IMG/VR virus record: IMGVR_UViG_3300028380_000013
Coordinates: 2,008 to 66,007 of that record
DNA length: 64,000 nt
Direction: 5' to 3' (one strand)
From: a virus
Lineage: Duplodnaviria > Caudoviricetes
The number at the start of each line of letters is the position of its first letter. Positions within the stretch are counted from its first letter, which is position 1. The notes below the pieces were generated by a model, which saw nothing but the letters and a program-made list of their open reading frames with translations, was not told the DNA's origin and ran no database searches. Position numbers and translations under genes: made by a program. Positions 17,314-29,000 of this stretch are shown piece by piece.

Positions 17314-20300
17314 TTGAGCATCGACATTGGCAGCGCGCATGGGAGTATCGAGCTAAAGACCGATGGCGTTCTTACTTCCGTGCGCGCTGCTGGTGCTGCT
17401 CTTCGTCAGTTCGATCGCGATTCGGCGGGCGTCGGCAAAAATCTGTCGCAGATGGGCAGAGAGGGCGAGGCGGCGGGTAAGGCTGTCGAGGGTGCCGCCA
17501 AGTCTGCCAGCAATTCCGTAAAATCTCTCGGTGAAGTAGCAGGACAAGCGGCGCAAGGTTTTAGCAAAGTCAGCACGGCTGCTACGCTCGCCGGAACTGC
17601 GATAATCGCCGGATTAGGCGCGGCGGCGAAACAGGCGGCGAGTCTTGAAACCGCCGTAACGAAAATCTCCACAATCGCTCCCGAAATAGACACGCATCAA
17701 GTAGAGTCGCAACTTTCGGGAATGTCCACACGTATCGCGCAATCATCGACACAGCTTGCAGAATCGCTCAATACGATATTCTCATCTATCGAGACGAATC
17801 AAGCCGACGCGCTCAAACTCACCGAACAATTCGGTAAAGGTGCTATCGCCGCATCGACAGACGCCGACACGTTCGGCACGGCTGTTCTCGGCGTGATGAA
17901 TGCTTACGGGCTTTCTGTCTCCGATGCTTCGCACATCTCGGATGTATTCTTCAATACGATCAATAAAGGCGTCGTCTCTGGCGATCAACTTGCGCACGGG
18001 CTAGGTCAGGTTACGCAAGCTGCGAAGCTCGCTGGTGTGGATTTCGACACTCTCGGTGCGCTGATCGCTGGCGTCACTCGTGAGGGCGGTGATGCTTCCA
18101 CGAACATCAATAATCTCCAGAATGCTCTCTCGAAAATCTCAACGCCCGACGCCCAAAACGCGCTGAAAGAGATCGGCGTATCCACGAAAGATGCGAACGG
18201 CAACATTCGCAACATGGTGGACATTCTCACCGATCTAAAATCGAAACTCGATGCGCTCTCGCCAGCCGCGCGATCCGAAGCGCTGCGTAAGATTTTCCCC
18301 GATCAACAGGCGCTTGCCGGTATTAGCACGCTGCTCAATCAGCTACCGACGATCAATGAGTCGCTAACGCTCAACGCAAAGTCTGCTGGTAGCGCTTCTG
18401 CTGCTTACGAGAAGATGGGTAAGACAGCAGAAGCGCAGGCGCAGCTACTCAAAAACACGTTCGCCGCAACGCTGCAAGAGCTAGGCACGGCGGTACTTCC
18501 CGATGCGTTGGCGATCGTTACGAAGCTGCGCGATATGCTCGCGGCGTTCAACGATCTGTCTCCGTCAACGCAAGGCGTGATCATTCATTTCGCAGAGTTT
18601 ACGGCTGTCTCATTGTTACTCGTCGGCGCGTTGGGTAAGGTAATCACTTTCGCCACTACCGCCGCTCAATCGTTCCAAGCGCTGAGCGCAGCGACTACGG
18701 CGATGGGTGGTCTATCGGCTGTTGCAACTGTCGCAGGACCGGCGATTATTGCGGTCGGACTCGCTGCTGCGGGCACCGCGATAACGATGCACGAGATGGC
18801 GAAAGGCACGAAAGAAGCTGCCGACGCGATCGGCGGTCCTCTCGCGACAGCTATTCAGAAAGTCAACGTTTCGGGAACTGACGGGCTGCTCGCCTTCTTG
18901 ACCGGATTCTCTGTCGGTGCGGATAAAGCACGTCAAGCGACGAACGATTGGGTAAACGGTTTAGAAGGGACCGCGCCGACGCTCGCGCAGTTGCACACAC
19001 AGTTAGAAGTAACAGCGGCGGCATACAAACGTGTAGTGGACGCGGGTGGTGCGAACTCACCACAAGCAGTTACGCTCGCAGCGATTACCGACGCGCTATT
19101 TCAGCAGATCGCAGCTTGGGAGAAGCTGAACAGCGAGCAAGGTATTCGCGATCGGATGCTGACGAGCGAGGCGGAAGCTGAGCAAGTAGCGACCGCAGCA
19201 GCGCGCGAACACGCCGAAGCGCTTGCGCGGGTACAGGCTGCGCTGACCGAGATGAATGGTCAGCAACAAAAAGTCCCGTTTACGGGCGGCGGCGCTCTCG
19301 CTCAGGGCGCACTCGGTATCGGTCAAGCGAGTCAAGAACTCACGCGCAATCTGCAAGAATATGTGGCGGCTGCGGGTGATGCGATTGCGGTAGATGCGGC
19401 GCAGACTGCGGAAAAACTTCGCCTGACGAATGCTCTCGCTGCGCAACAGTCGGCACTCGGCAACGTACAATCCGCAATCGCTCCGCTCAGCGCTGCGATG
19501 GCGCAACTTGCGGCGAAGCAAGCAGAGGGTATCCCGCTCACGCAAGCTGAGCAAGCGCTGTGGTCGCAGTCAGCAGACGTGCTCGGTGCGGCGCAGTCTG
19601 CCACGCAGGGTTTGACGCTCGCGAGTGCGCAGAATGCTTTAGCGCTGATCAATGCATCTGGGGGTATCACCGCATTCGCTGGGGCTGCTGCCAGTTCGAC
19701 GGGCGCGATCGACAAGCTGCGCGGTATCATCCTCTCGCTCAATGAAGCATTCGGCGCTCTCGGCTCGCAAGACGCGCAGCTTACCGCGTTTGCAGGGAAG
19801 TTCCAGGCGCGCATCGATGTTCTGGAAGCCAGCAAGAAAGCTGGCACCATAACGCCCGAAGAAGTTGGCGAGCTACAGCACTTACTAGACTTGCAAGCGA
19901 AGATTGGCGATCAGCTTGCGATCAACGCGGCGAAGGAACGCGAGATCGCGGAAAATATTCTTGCGGCGAATGAAGCAAAGAAAGCGCAAGAAGTTATCAC
20001 GCAGAATGCGGCGGCTCGCGCTGCTGCCGATGCGGGAAACGAGATCGCGGTAGACCCTGCTTCGCTCGCTGCGGTCAAGGCAATTGTCGATAAACCTGTT
20101 CCGGTCAATCTCGAACCGGCGGTTGATAACGCTTCGCTCGCTGCGGTTCGCGCGATCTTGTCTGAGCCGGTGAAGATTCCCGTAACTGTCGAACCGTCGC
20201 TAGTCAAGACCGGGCTAGACTCGGCTACAGCAGAAGCGATGGGGATTATCGGCACTGGTGGCGGGGCTGGTGCTACGCAGACAGTGACGATCAACGCTAC

Positions 20301-22617
20301 CGATAACGCTTCACCTATCCTCAACAATGTCAAGACTCTCGCGGCTACTGTCGGCGCGCTCGTCTCAGACGTCAAACTCACCGCAACTGACAATGCGAGC
20401 ACGAAGGTCGGTATTCTTTTCGGGAACATCGACAATTTACCTGACGATCACAGCACGACGCTAACCGCGATCGACAACGCTTCGAACATCGTACAGAATC
20501 TCATCAATACGATCAACAACATTCCGCAAACGTTCAACATTACTGCGAATGTTGATACTTCCGGTGCTCTTGCTGCTATCGCGAATCTTCGCGCTAATAT
20601 GCCGTCGTCTCCTGCTGAGAAGGGGCCATTTCGCACGCTGCCCGATTGGTCGTCAGTGTTCGCGAGTCTCGGTCCTGCCGGTGACGACGCGATAAAGACT
20701 GTCGAAAAAACCGTGCAAGCGATGGGCGAAGGCATCGCTTCCGGTATCGGGAAGATCGACACAGAAGGTGCGAAGAGCGCCGCAGAATTTGCAAGCTCGA
20801 TCGCGAGCGCAGTTACGGCGACGGTGGGAGCCACCGAAGCTCTCGCCCGCCTACGCACACCGAACGCCGGGAAGATCACGCAACTGCGCGACACGATCCA
20901 GGCGATCATGAGTGCGTTCGCTGGCGTTGCTGGCGAGCCGTCAAGCGACGATGCGAAGAAGGCTGCGCAAGAATGGAACGATAACGCTAGCTCGATACTC
21001 TCGCTAGTTTCTACTGGCGTTGACGCGCTGACGAAGCTCGGAACGTTCGAGCGACCGACAGATCAAGCAGTCAAGTCGTTCCGCGACGTTGCGCAGTTCG
21101 TTGTCAATGTAATGTCACAAGTTGCGGCGGATACGAGTCTGCAAGCGGTTGTGGCAGCGGGTGTGTGGGCAGACGGTGCCGGGAAGATTTTCCAAGCGCT
21201 CGGTACTGGTGTTGACGCGCTGAGCAAGCTCGGAGATTTTGAACGCCCGACCGATCAAGCTGTGCGCAGTTTCCGAGATGTTGCGCAATTTCTTGTCAAT
21301 CTCTTCGCGCAAGTCGCAGCGGATAGCGAAGCTGGCCCGGTAGCCGACGCCGGTATCTGGGCTGACAACGCGATCAAGATCATGACGCTCGTCGGCTCTG
21401 GTGTCGATGCGCTGACGAAGCTTGGAGAGTTTGAGCGACCGACCGATCAAGCAGTTCGCTCGTTCCGAGATGTTGCACAATTCTTCGTAAATCTGATCGT
21501 GCAGCTTGCGGCAGATAGCGACACGAAGGGCGTAGCGGCGGCGGCTACGTATGCTGAGAATGCGACGAAGATCGTCGGGCTGGTCGGTGCTGGCGTAACG
21601 GCGTTCAAGTCTCTTGCGGAAGATGATTTCGTACTGCCGTCGCAAGAGAAGCTGCAACAATTGGCGACCGCTACTCGTCTCGCAGTTATCGCGATTCAAG
21701 AAGCGAGCGCCGATCTTGATACGAAAGGCGTTGCTGCCGCTGGCACATATGCCGACGCAGCTTCGAAAGTTGTCGGACTCATCGGCGCGGGTATCGCCGG
21801 ATTCAAAGATTTCTCCGATTTCCAACCGCCTAGTGCTCAGCAGATACAGCAGCTAAAATCCGTAATCTCTGCAACAGTGATCGCTATCGCACAAGCTGCG
21901 AAAGAGATCAACGCAGATGCGGTGAAAGCTGCTGGCGAGTATGCAGAAGGTGCGGGCAGCGCGATCGGTCTGGTCGGTCAAACTATTTCGAGCTTCGCAC
22001 ATCTTGATGACTTCGTAGCGCCGAGCAAAGAAGCGATTGCGAACGTTGTCGCCGTCACGGGTTATGCAGTTCAGCAATTAGCGGGTATCGCGGCGAGCTT
22101 CGATAAGGCGCAGCTAGCGAAGCTGAAAGAGTTTGGCGAGAGCGCGGGAGCCGGATTCGGTGCGATCGGCAGCGCGCTCAACGCGGGTAAGGCGCTCGAA
22201 GGCGATCACGTCTCGCCCGCCGATGCGATCGGAAAAGTTCTCGCAGAGTTTCAAGCAGGCTTGGGACCGCTCGGTGCGCTCGCTGCGATATCTGAGCAGT
22301 ACAAGACGCAAGGCAACATCATCAGCGCGAATATCGCGCAGGCTTACGCCTCGATCGCGGGCAGTATTCCTGGTTTCACTCCGCAGAGTACAAACGTTGC
22401 TGCGACAGTCACCGGGACAAACGTACAAACGGTCGCACACGTATTCTCGGGAGGTATCAACATCTCATTCTTGGGTGAGAATGGAACGTGGGTAGTCAAG
22501 AGTTTGCAAGCTGATAATGCTAGTTTGCAGACTGTCTCGGATATGATCGCGACAGAGATAGCAGCAGACTTCGCAGCAGTCGGCGCGGGATCGGGTGCGA
22601 AGGGCATGGGAGCGTAA
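17314..22617 (+). CDS. tape measure protein
   Basis: 1767 aa, Ala-rich; TP901-family core (LETAVTKISTIA...INKGVVSGDQLA); internal repeats. Confidence 0.92.
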   Translation: MSIDIGSAHGSIELKTDGVLTSVRAAGAALRQFDRDSAGVGKNLSQMGREGEAAGKAVEGAAKSASNSVKSLGEVAGQAAQGFSKVSTAATLAGTAIIAGLGAAAKQAASLETAVTKISTIAPEIDTHQVESQLSGMSTRIAQSSTQLAESLNTIFSSIETNQADALKLTEQFGKGAIAASTDADTFGTAVLGVMNAYGLSVSDASHISDVFFNTINKGVVSGDQLAHGLGQVTQAAKLAGVDFDTLGALIAGVTREGGDASTNINNLQNALSKISTPDAQNALKEIGVSTKDANGNIRNMVDILTDLKSKLDALSPAARSEALRKIFPDQQALAGISTLLNQLPTINESLTLNAKSAGSASAAYEKMGKTAEAQAQLLKNTFAATLQELGTAVLPDALAIVTKLRDMLAAFNDLSPSTQGVIIHFAEFTAVSLLLVGALGKVITFATTAAQSFQALSAATTAMGGLSAVATVAGPAIIAVGLAAAGTAITMHEMAKGTKEAADAIGGPLATAIQKVNVSGTDGLLAFLTGFSVGADKARQATNDWVNGLEGTAPTLAQLHTQLEVTAAAYKRVVDAGGANSPQAVTLAAITDALFQQIAAWEKLNSEQGIRDRMLTSEAEAEQVATAAAREHAEALARVQAALTEMNGQQQKVPFTGGGALAQGALGIGQASQELTRNLQEYVAAAGDAIAVDAAQTAEKLRLTNALAAQQSALGNVQSAIAPLSAAMAQLAAKQAEGIPLTQAEQALWSQSADVLGAAQSATQGLTLASAQNALALINASGGITAFAGAAASSTGAIDKLRGIILSLNEAFGALGSQDAQLTAFAGKFQARIDVLEASKKAGTITPEEVGELQHLLDLQAKIGDQLAINAAKEREIAENILAANEAKKAQEVITQNAAARAAADAGNEIAVDPASLAAVKAIVDKPVPVNLEPAVDNASLAAVRAILSEPVKIPVTVEPSLVKTGLDSATAEAMGIIGTGGGAGATQTVTINATDNASPILNNVKTLAATVGALVSDVKLTATDNASTKVGILFGNIDNLPDDHSTTLTAIDNASNIVQNLINTINNIPQTFNITANVDTSGALAAIANLRANMPSSPAEKGPFRTLPDWSSVFASLGPAGDDAIKTVEKTVQAMGEGIASGIGKIDTEGAKSAAEFASSIASAVTATVGATEALARLRTPNAGKITQLRDTIQAIMSAFAGVAGEPSSDDAKKAAQEWNDNASSILSLVSTGVDALTKLGTFERPTDQAVKSFRDVAQFVVNVMSQVAADTSLQAVVAAGVWADGAGKIFQALGTGVDALSKLGDFERPTDQAVRSFRDVAQFLVNLFAQVAADSEAGPVADAGIWADNAIKIMTLVGSGVDALTKLGEFERPTDQAVRSFRDVAQFFVNLIVQLAADSDTKGVAAAATYAENATKIVGLVGAGVTAFKSLAEDDFVLPSQEKLQQLATATRLAVIAIQEASADLDTKGVAAAGTYADAASKVVGLIGAGIAGFKDFSDFQPPSAQQIQQLKSVISATVIAIAQAAKEINADAVKAAGEYAEGAGSAIGLVGQTISSFAHLDDFVAPSKEAIANVVAVTGYAVQQLAGIAASFDKAQLAKLKEFGESAGAGFGAIGSALNAGKALEGDHVSPADAIGKVLAEFQAGLGPLGALAAISEQYKTQGNIISANIAQAYASIAGSIPGFTPQSTNVAATVTGTNVQTVAHVFSGGINISFLGENGTWVVKSLQADNASLQTVSDMIATEIAADFAAVGAGSGAKGMGA

Positions 22618-22618
22618 G

Positions 22619-22987
22619 ATGGCTACAGGAACATTTTCGCTCTATCTCGCGAATGGTACAACGCCTGTCCCGATCCCGAAGCCGATTTATGCCGATTGGC
22701 AGACGATCAAGCGAGGGAAGTTTCCGACAGGTGTGCCGCGTGTTTCTGTTTACAGAAAAGTAATATGGAGATTCCCTAAGCTGACCGCTACGCAATACAA
22801 TACGATCGTTGCTGCACGATTGAGCGGCAGACAAGTTTTTGAGACGTGGAAACGCCCCGAAGGTGCTGTAGCTGGTGCGTTTGTCATGGCTACAGGGATC
22901 ATGGACGAGACGATACCAGGCATACATACGCAGCACGACGAATACACGGGCGTGACGGTGACGTTTACGATGGTGCTACAGAGTTAG
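22619..22987 (+). CDS. distal tail-like protein
   Basis: Directly after the TMP; WRFPKLTATQY pattern. Confidence 0.55.
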   Translation: MATGTFSLYLANGTTPVPIPKPIYADWQTIKRGKFPTGVPRVSVYRKVIWRFPKLTATQYNTIVAARLSGRQVFETWKRPEGAVAGAFVMATGIMDETIPGIHTQHDEYTGVTVTFTMVLQS

Positions 22988-22994
22988 GGGACAG

Positions 22995-25900
22995 ATGCCA
23001 CGCGCAGCATTGAGCGCACCGGAACTAGCAGCAGCGATCGATCTTGCTCGCGCTGCGACTGACGGACACCAGATCGAATTCTGGTTGGGACCGGAGAGAG
23101 GCGTGCTCGATGAGACGACGATCGATCTCGCATGGTTGCCGGGGGCGGGCTGGTCGGATATGACCGCTACTGTGCTACTCTCAGACGGTGCGCTGATCAA
23201 TCATGACGGTGTTGGGCCGACGATCACGTTCACAGTGGTAGACGAATCACGATCGACGTGGCGCGACGATTTAGCGGTAGCTGTCATTGCATCGCACTTC
23301 TATCCTGCTACCGCGTCCTGGGGCACTAGGGCGTTAGTCGCGTGGGCGTATCTCTCAGGTGAAGATCGACAGACACTCGATATGGATTACATGCAAACCG
23401 GGCAGCGCGTGGCGACGTACACCGGCTATTGGGAAAAGAAAGCAGTCGATGCGCTCAGAATGGGCAGGCGAAATCTCGCTAGCTCCGCTTCTATTCACGC
23501 TTCGACTGCTATTCTCGCCGTTCCCGCCGAAGAGTCGCCGTTAGAATACGTGTCGCAAGACAACTGCGCAGCCACGAAAATTCTCGATGGTTACGTAGAC
23601 ACGGTGAGCGTGTTAGACGTTTTTGCCGATCCTGTCACGCCGACGATAGGTGACAGTACCACTGTCAAGTTCTTGCGTTTTTACGGCCCGCAGCTTCCTG
23701 GGATCGCTGTCGGCGGTATCCCTCGTTTTGTGGAATTGTGGATCGGTCACAACGTCACACCGTGGGGCACGACGTGGACAGGAATACCGGGAATGTACTT
23801 CGAAGGGACTGCGGCTGAGCGAACGGAAGCGGGGCGACTCTTCACGCAAGCTGTGACGTATGGCGACGGCACTCGTGGGTTTCAAGTGACGAGCAGACAG
23901 AGTGCCGATCCTGCATTCTCTACGTGGATTCAATGGATCGTTAGCGCTACTCCAAAAGTTCCGATGCGCGTTCGTATCGAGATAAAAGCCGGATCGCCTT
24001 TCTCGATCGGGAAGCGCGTTCACTTGATGCTCTCGGACGCGACTACGGAGCATACGCAGCGTTTTGACGTTCGACCGCTCGCGCTCGGTCTGGATTGGCA
24101 GCGTTTCGAGTTTGTGTATAACAGCGATGAGCACGCGGGCGGTGCGAAGATCGAGATCACGACGGAACAAGGAGAGACATTCGGTGGCGATGTGATTTAC
24201 GAATTGCGCAATCTGGAAGTGGCGACAGGATATAGCGACGAAGCGCAAGCGCCAGGTAACGCTCAGCGCAGATTGTTCCTTTGTTACGACAACGGGAGCG
24301 GTGTGCAAGGTTGTCAACGCATCGCATTCGATCTTGTCGGCGGGGCACCGGATTGGACTATCCCGGCTTTCGGTAGTGTGATCATCACTGATGATATCCC
24401 GACGTTCAAGCAGATGTTTGGTGACACGGGAAAGACGCTCATGCAGATGAAAAATCTCAATCCTCTTTGGTACTGGGCACCGAACACGGGTAAGATGAAA
24501 CTTGCTTACGCGACGAACCCGGTGCGCACAAACTATAACGATCCGAGTCTCGTGTTAGTCGAAGAAGTAGACTTTTCTACGAACGGTTTCGCGTGGGCTG
24601 CGAATACTGCATTGATTCGCGGTAGCGGCACCGTAGGTAGCCCGCTCGGTACGGGCGCGTGGACAACTGAGAATTTTCCTCACGTCGGCTTGCTCCCATC
24701 AGGCGGTCTGGAAGTTGGTTATTGGTGGGTCGATCTCGGCGCGTATCAAGCTCCGAAGCTCAAACTGCCGATGACTACCGCATCTACTCGCGCGACTGTC
24801 GATAACATCGATGCGTACACCGAGTCCGGTTTTCTGAAAATCGGCACGGAACGTATGCAGTGGACAGGTAAAGACGGCGATACGCTGCTCATCAGCGCAC
24901 GACCGATCACGGGTACGACGCTCGCGGCGCACTCGATCGGTGATAGTGTGATACCCGATGGTTTTACGGGAGTTTTCCAGAACAGCGGAGCGAGTCAAAC
25001 AGGGTGGAATGTCGATCAGATCAAGCTCCGCAGAAAAGCGTGGACGCCAGTTATTCGATCGGGCGTTATCATCTACTCGAACCAAGTTTCGCCTTCCGAT
25101 CCGACGACGGGCGGGCTACGCTGGGAGCGCAATCCCGACTGGAATATTTTGCAACGTTTCAGCGATCGGCAGGGAAATCTTGACGTCGTGACACTCAATC
25201 TCGCTGAGCTTGTCGGCGGGCCGAAAGAGATGCGGCATATTGTTTTCGGTATCGTGCAGATGGATCGCGATCCTGCTGGCAATCCGCAGCGCGCGAAGCT
25301 GAACGAGATGGTGATCTTAGAAGCTGAGCTAGCAGCACAGATCGGAGGGAATTTTCGCAGCAAGAACGCGAGCGATCTCGCTGGTGCTCTCGGCTATCTG
25401 CTCACGCAGAAAGCGGGAATGCCTGCTGCGAAAGTCGCTATCGCGCAGCAAGCGAACGGTACGGCGATACAGACGCCCGCTATTGGCGATCTCCCGATCG
25501 CGCCGACAGATGCGAACGCGGCGATCAATTCGATCGCAGCTAAAGGACTGTTACGCGTTTGGCTTGATGCTGCGAACAAGGCGACGATCGACGCGATGCC
25601 GACGAACCCGGCGTACACGCCAACCGTGCCATATTTCACTGTCGATTCTTCGATGTTGACTGCGCCGTTTACGCTCAACTGGGCCGGGGCGCACGCCGTC
25701 TCGCAAGTCAAAATCACCGCGCGACTGGTGGCGGGGCTGCGTGTATATTCGGCTGTGTATCCGTCGATCCCTGCTGTGCTCGGTAAAGTCGTTGAGCTTC
25801 GCGATGTGTCGATCTTTGACGAGTCGGGTGTGGTTGCGATTGCGGAAGCGACGTATCGCGATCGTAACACGAGACGACGCGCAGCCGCTCCGCTCGGTGC

Positions 25901-26075
25901 GCTCCCGTGGTTGGAGATCGGTCAACGCATATTAGTCAATCTCCCCGAAATTGATCTGGGCGGGAACGGTATCGGCGTTACGTTCGTTGTCGCAAGCTTC
26001 TCGATTCAAGTCGGCATGGACGATGGTGGCGTGACGTGGGATACGTCTGTCACGCTCGTTGAGTTAGGACTGTAA
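22995..26075 (+). CDS. tail tip/hub protein with CBM-like insertions
   Basis: 1026 aa after the distal tail gene; DWQRFEFVY CBM-like segment; C-terminal hub-like region. Confidence 0.65.
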   Translation: MPRAALSAPELAAAIDLARAATDGHQIEFWLGPERGVLDETTIDLAWLPGAGWSDMTATVLLSDGALINHDGVGPTITFTVVDESRSTWRDDLAVAVIASHFYPATASWGTRALVAWAYLSGEDRQTLDMDYMQTGQRVATYTGYWEKKAVDALRMGRRNLASSASIHASTAILAVPAEESPLEYVSQDNCAATKILDGYVDTVSVLDVFADPVTPTIGDSTTVKFLRFYGPQLPGIAVGGIPRFVELWIGHNVTPWGTTWTGIPGMYFEGTAAERTEAGRLFTQAVTYGDGTRGFQVTSRQSADPAFSTWIQWIVSATPKVPMRVRIEIKAGSPFSIGKRVHLMLSDATTEHTQRFDVRPLALGLDWQRFEFVYNSDEHAGGAKIEITTEQGETFGGDVIYELRNLEVATGYSDEAQAPGNAQRRLFLCYDNGSGVQGCQRIAFDLVGGAPDWTIPAFGSVIITDDIPTFKQMFGDTGKTLMQMKNLNPLWYWAPNTGKMKLAYATNPVRTNYNDPSLVLVEEVDFSTNGFAWAANTALIRGSGTVGSPLGTGAWTTENFPHVGLLPSGGLEVGYWWVDLGAYQAPKLKLPMTTASTRATVDNIDAYTESGFLKIGTERMQWTGKDGDTLLISARPITGTTLAAHSIGDSVIPDGFTGVFQNSGASQTGWNVDQIKLRRKAWTPVIRSGVIIYSNQVSPSDPTTGGLRWERNPDWNILQRFSDRQGNLDVVTLNLAELVGGPKEMRHIVFGIVQMDRDPAGNPQRAKLNEMVILEAELAAQIGGNFRSKNASDLAGALGYLLTQKAGMPAAKVAIAQQANGTAIQTPAIGDLPIAPTDANAAINSIAAKGLLRVWLDAANKATIDAMPTNPAYTPTVPYFTVDSSMLTAPFTLNWAGAHAVSQVKITARLVAGLRVYSAVYPSIPAVLGKVVELRDVSIFDESGVVAIAEATYRDRNTRRRAAAPLGALPWLEIGQRILVNLPEIDLGGNGIGVTFVVASFSIQVGMDDGGVTWDTSVTLVELGL

Positions 26076-26076
26076 G

Positions 26077-29000
26077 ATGCGACAAGGTACGCTGCTGCTG
26101 CGAGATGCGATCATAGCTCAGAGTACGCCTCTTTTCGAAACGGCGAAGAGCTATAGCGTGGCTGTCGTCACGAGCGTTGAGAAAGATTCTGTCGGCGGTA
26201 CGATCGCAGCGCGAGTGACGATCAACGGTACGGGTGAAGATACCGTACCGATGCGCGGCGTTTCCGGCACCGAAGCTGGCGATACTATTCTCATCTCATC
26301 GAGCACGAACGATCCTGCGGGGCCGAAGCGGTACGAGCGACACATACAGAGTGCGAACCCGGCTCCGCAGATCGAGACGAACGGCAGTCTACCCGATCCG
26401 CAATTCGCAACAGTGCCGTGGACGTCTGATCTGATCACGAGTCCCGGATCGATTCTCGCGAATGGTGTCGTTTATTTCAACGCGGTAGAAGATCGCTGGT
26501 TCCCAGAAGGGTATACCGCTTCGTTCAAAGTCGGCGCGGGCGAGTGGCGCGAATCTGGTTTTGCACCGCATCTCGGCGGCGCTCAGCAGATCACGTTAGC
26601 GAGCGACTTCCCTCCTGATGCTTCGATCACGGTGAGACTGCGCGGTCATTATGCGCGCAACGCGAATGTTTCGGTCGGGCTTGATACGCGAGTTTTCGTA
26701 ACCGCGACCGATAATATCACTCCGGGTATCTGCACTGGGATAACAGTCGATCTGACGATACCCGGCGCGATCAAGATCACACCGGCTGGCACGTTCGATG
26801 TAAATCATTTCGATCATTTTCGCTACTTCATCGCGACTAGCTCGGGCGGTGCGGGACTCGTCACGCTCGATGGTCCGACAGGTTTCGTGTGGGCCGGTGC
26901 AGCGGGAAACTACTACGTCGCAGTCGCACCGATCTCGCATTCCGATGTGGTCGGGACGCGCTTCCCATCTGTTGCGGGAACGTATAGCGGGCCGTATGCA
27001 ATCACTGTCGCTACGCCCGCGCTCGATACGACACCGCCGAACGTTTGGACTGCGCCAACGCTCTCCCAATCGACAGAAAACCCGCCGACTGGTGGAGAGA
27101 TACATTATGTTACTGTCACGCTACCGGCGTACACCTATCCCTCTCCGAACGATTACGATTACACGCTCGTAACGTTTTCGGGAACAGGTTTCGCGGGGCA
27201 AGAGCGCATCCAGTATCCCGGTACGACTGTCACGAAGTCTGTTCCGCCTGTCGGCACGATCTCAGTTACACTGATCGGCGTAGACAAGCTCGGCAATCCT
27301 AGCGCCGCATCTCCTGCTGCGACAATCAGCGTCGTACCGACCGGCGTTCCCGCCGCTGCTCCCGACGTCACGACAGCGAGCGGGAGTGAGGCGATCATTG
27401 TTCGTTGGACCGCTGTCGCTCGTGCGTTGCGTTTTCAAGTGTGGCGAGCGACGTCGGCAGGCGGTGCGGGTGCTGCTGTTATTGCAGACATTGACGGCTA
27501 TCTGTGGCCCGATCTCTTTTCTGGAAACGGCGCAGTTGGGACCGTTTATTACTACAAAGTGCAAGCGTATAACATTCAAGGCTCGGGAACGATTTCGCCA
27601 AATTGGATCGCAGGAACAGTCGGCGCGGTAGACGGTCGTAATCTCGTCGCGCTCACGGTCACTGCTGCTGCACTGGAAGCGAATCTCGTCCTCGCTTCGA
27701 CCATTCGCACGCCTAACGTCGGTTACGGTACGATCGGTATGTACGGCGGCCTCGATTCGATGATTCGTGCTTACGATAATTCGAGCGTGCTGCTAATGGC
27801 GCTCAACGGAACTGGCATGGCTTTTTACCGCGATGGCGTGAATCCACGTAGCTATTTTACCGGCAGCGGCATAGACGTCTATCGCAGCACGGGATCAAGC
27901 GTTGTATCAAGCACATTTCGCGGTGATGGTATTCGTATTTGGAATAGTTCTGGTGCGGCTGCGCGTGTACAGCTTCTCGATAGCGGTACGTATATTCGCA
28001 ACGACGCGAATACGCACGCGATTGATATCTTTGACAACGGCACGAGTGGTTTGAAGTTTCAAGTCACCGCCGCCGCTGTCACCGGAATGCTTCTTGACAC
28101 AACAACGAAGTTGATCACTCACGCTCTCACGGCGGCAGTAGGTTGGAAAGTCATCTATGAATTGAATTCCGTAGTAAACTATTTTACGTTTCAAGCGAAT
28201 AGCACAAGTCAATTAGGCATCACGCCGAACACTACTGGAATGACGGTGAATTTCGGTAGCGCAGGACTGCTGGCGGATAATCTGCAATTGCAGTCGGCGC
28301 TCGGTTTTCGCACGACATTTGCGAATTTCCGTCATCGTCATGCAAGCACGTTGGGAAACGCCGCAGGGCAGCAAGCTTTCTTCGAACGAAAAGAGATTCC
28401 GGTATCCGCAGGCGTGAATGTTCTGGGTTTTGAGGTAACTGCTTTCCGTGGGCCGAACGGCGGCGCTTCCACTTGGTGGGAATCGCGTATTAGACTACAA
28501 ACAGATATTGATGGCTTTAGCGCAGCCGGTGGATATCTCGATCTTGGATTTCGAGATTTCAATCCTTACTGGGGATTAGGCGACTATACATCCGGCGTCA
28601 CGCTCTACCACGACCGATCGGGTGTTATGACCGGCGGGGGCATTGTGAACGTTAGTACCGTTGATATTCTTACACATCGCAACACCGCCGTGGGAGTGCT
28701 TTTTCTAGGAAATCAAAGTGGAGGATACCGTTACCTGAGTTACGATGGTACGTATTACAATCTTGCGAGTGCGAATTTATACGTAAACGGTGTCCTTGTC
28801 CCTTCTGGGCGCGTACTAAAGGAAGATATTGCCGACGCACCGAAAGACGCCGGAAGATGGCGCAATCTTCGTGCCAGGACGTTCAAGCGTAAGACTAATC
28901 AAACGCAGGATACTGAACTAGGATTTATCGCAGAAGAAGTGCGCGAGCACTTTCCCGAAGTAGTTTTGGATATTACTGTTGGGGATACGCATCTCGATCA

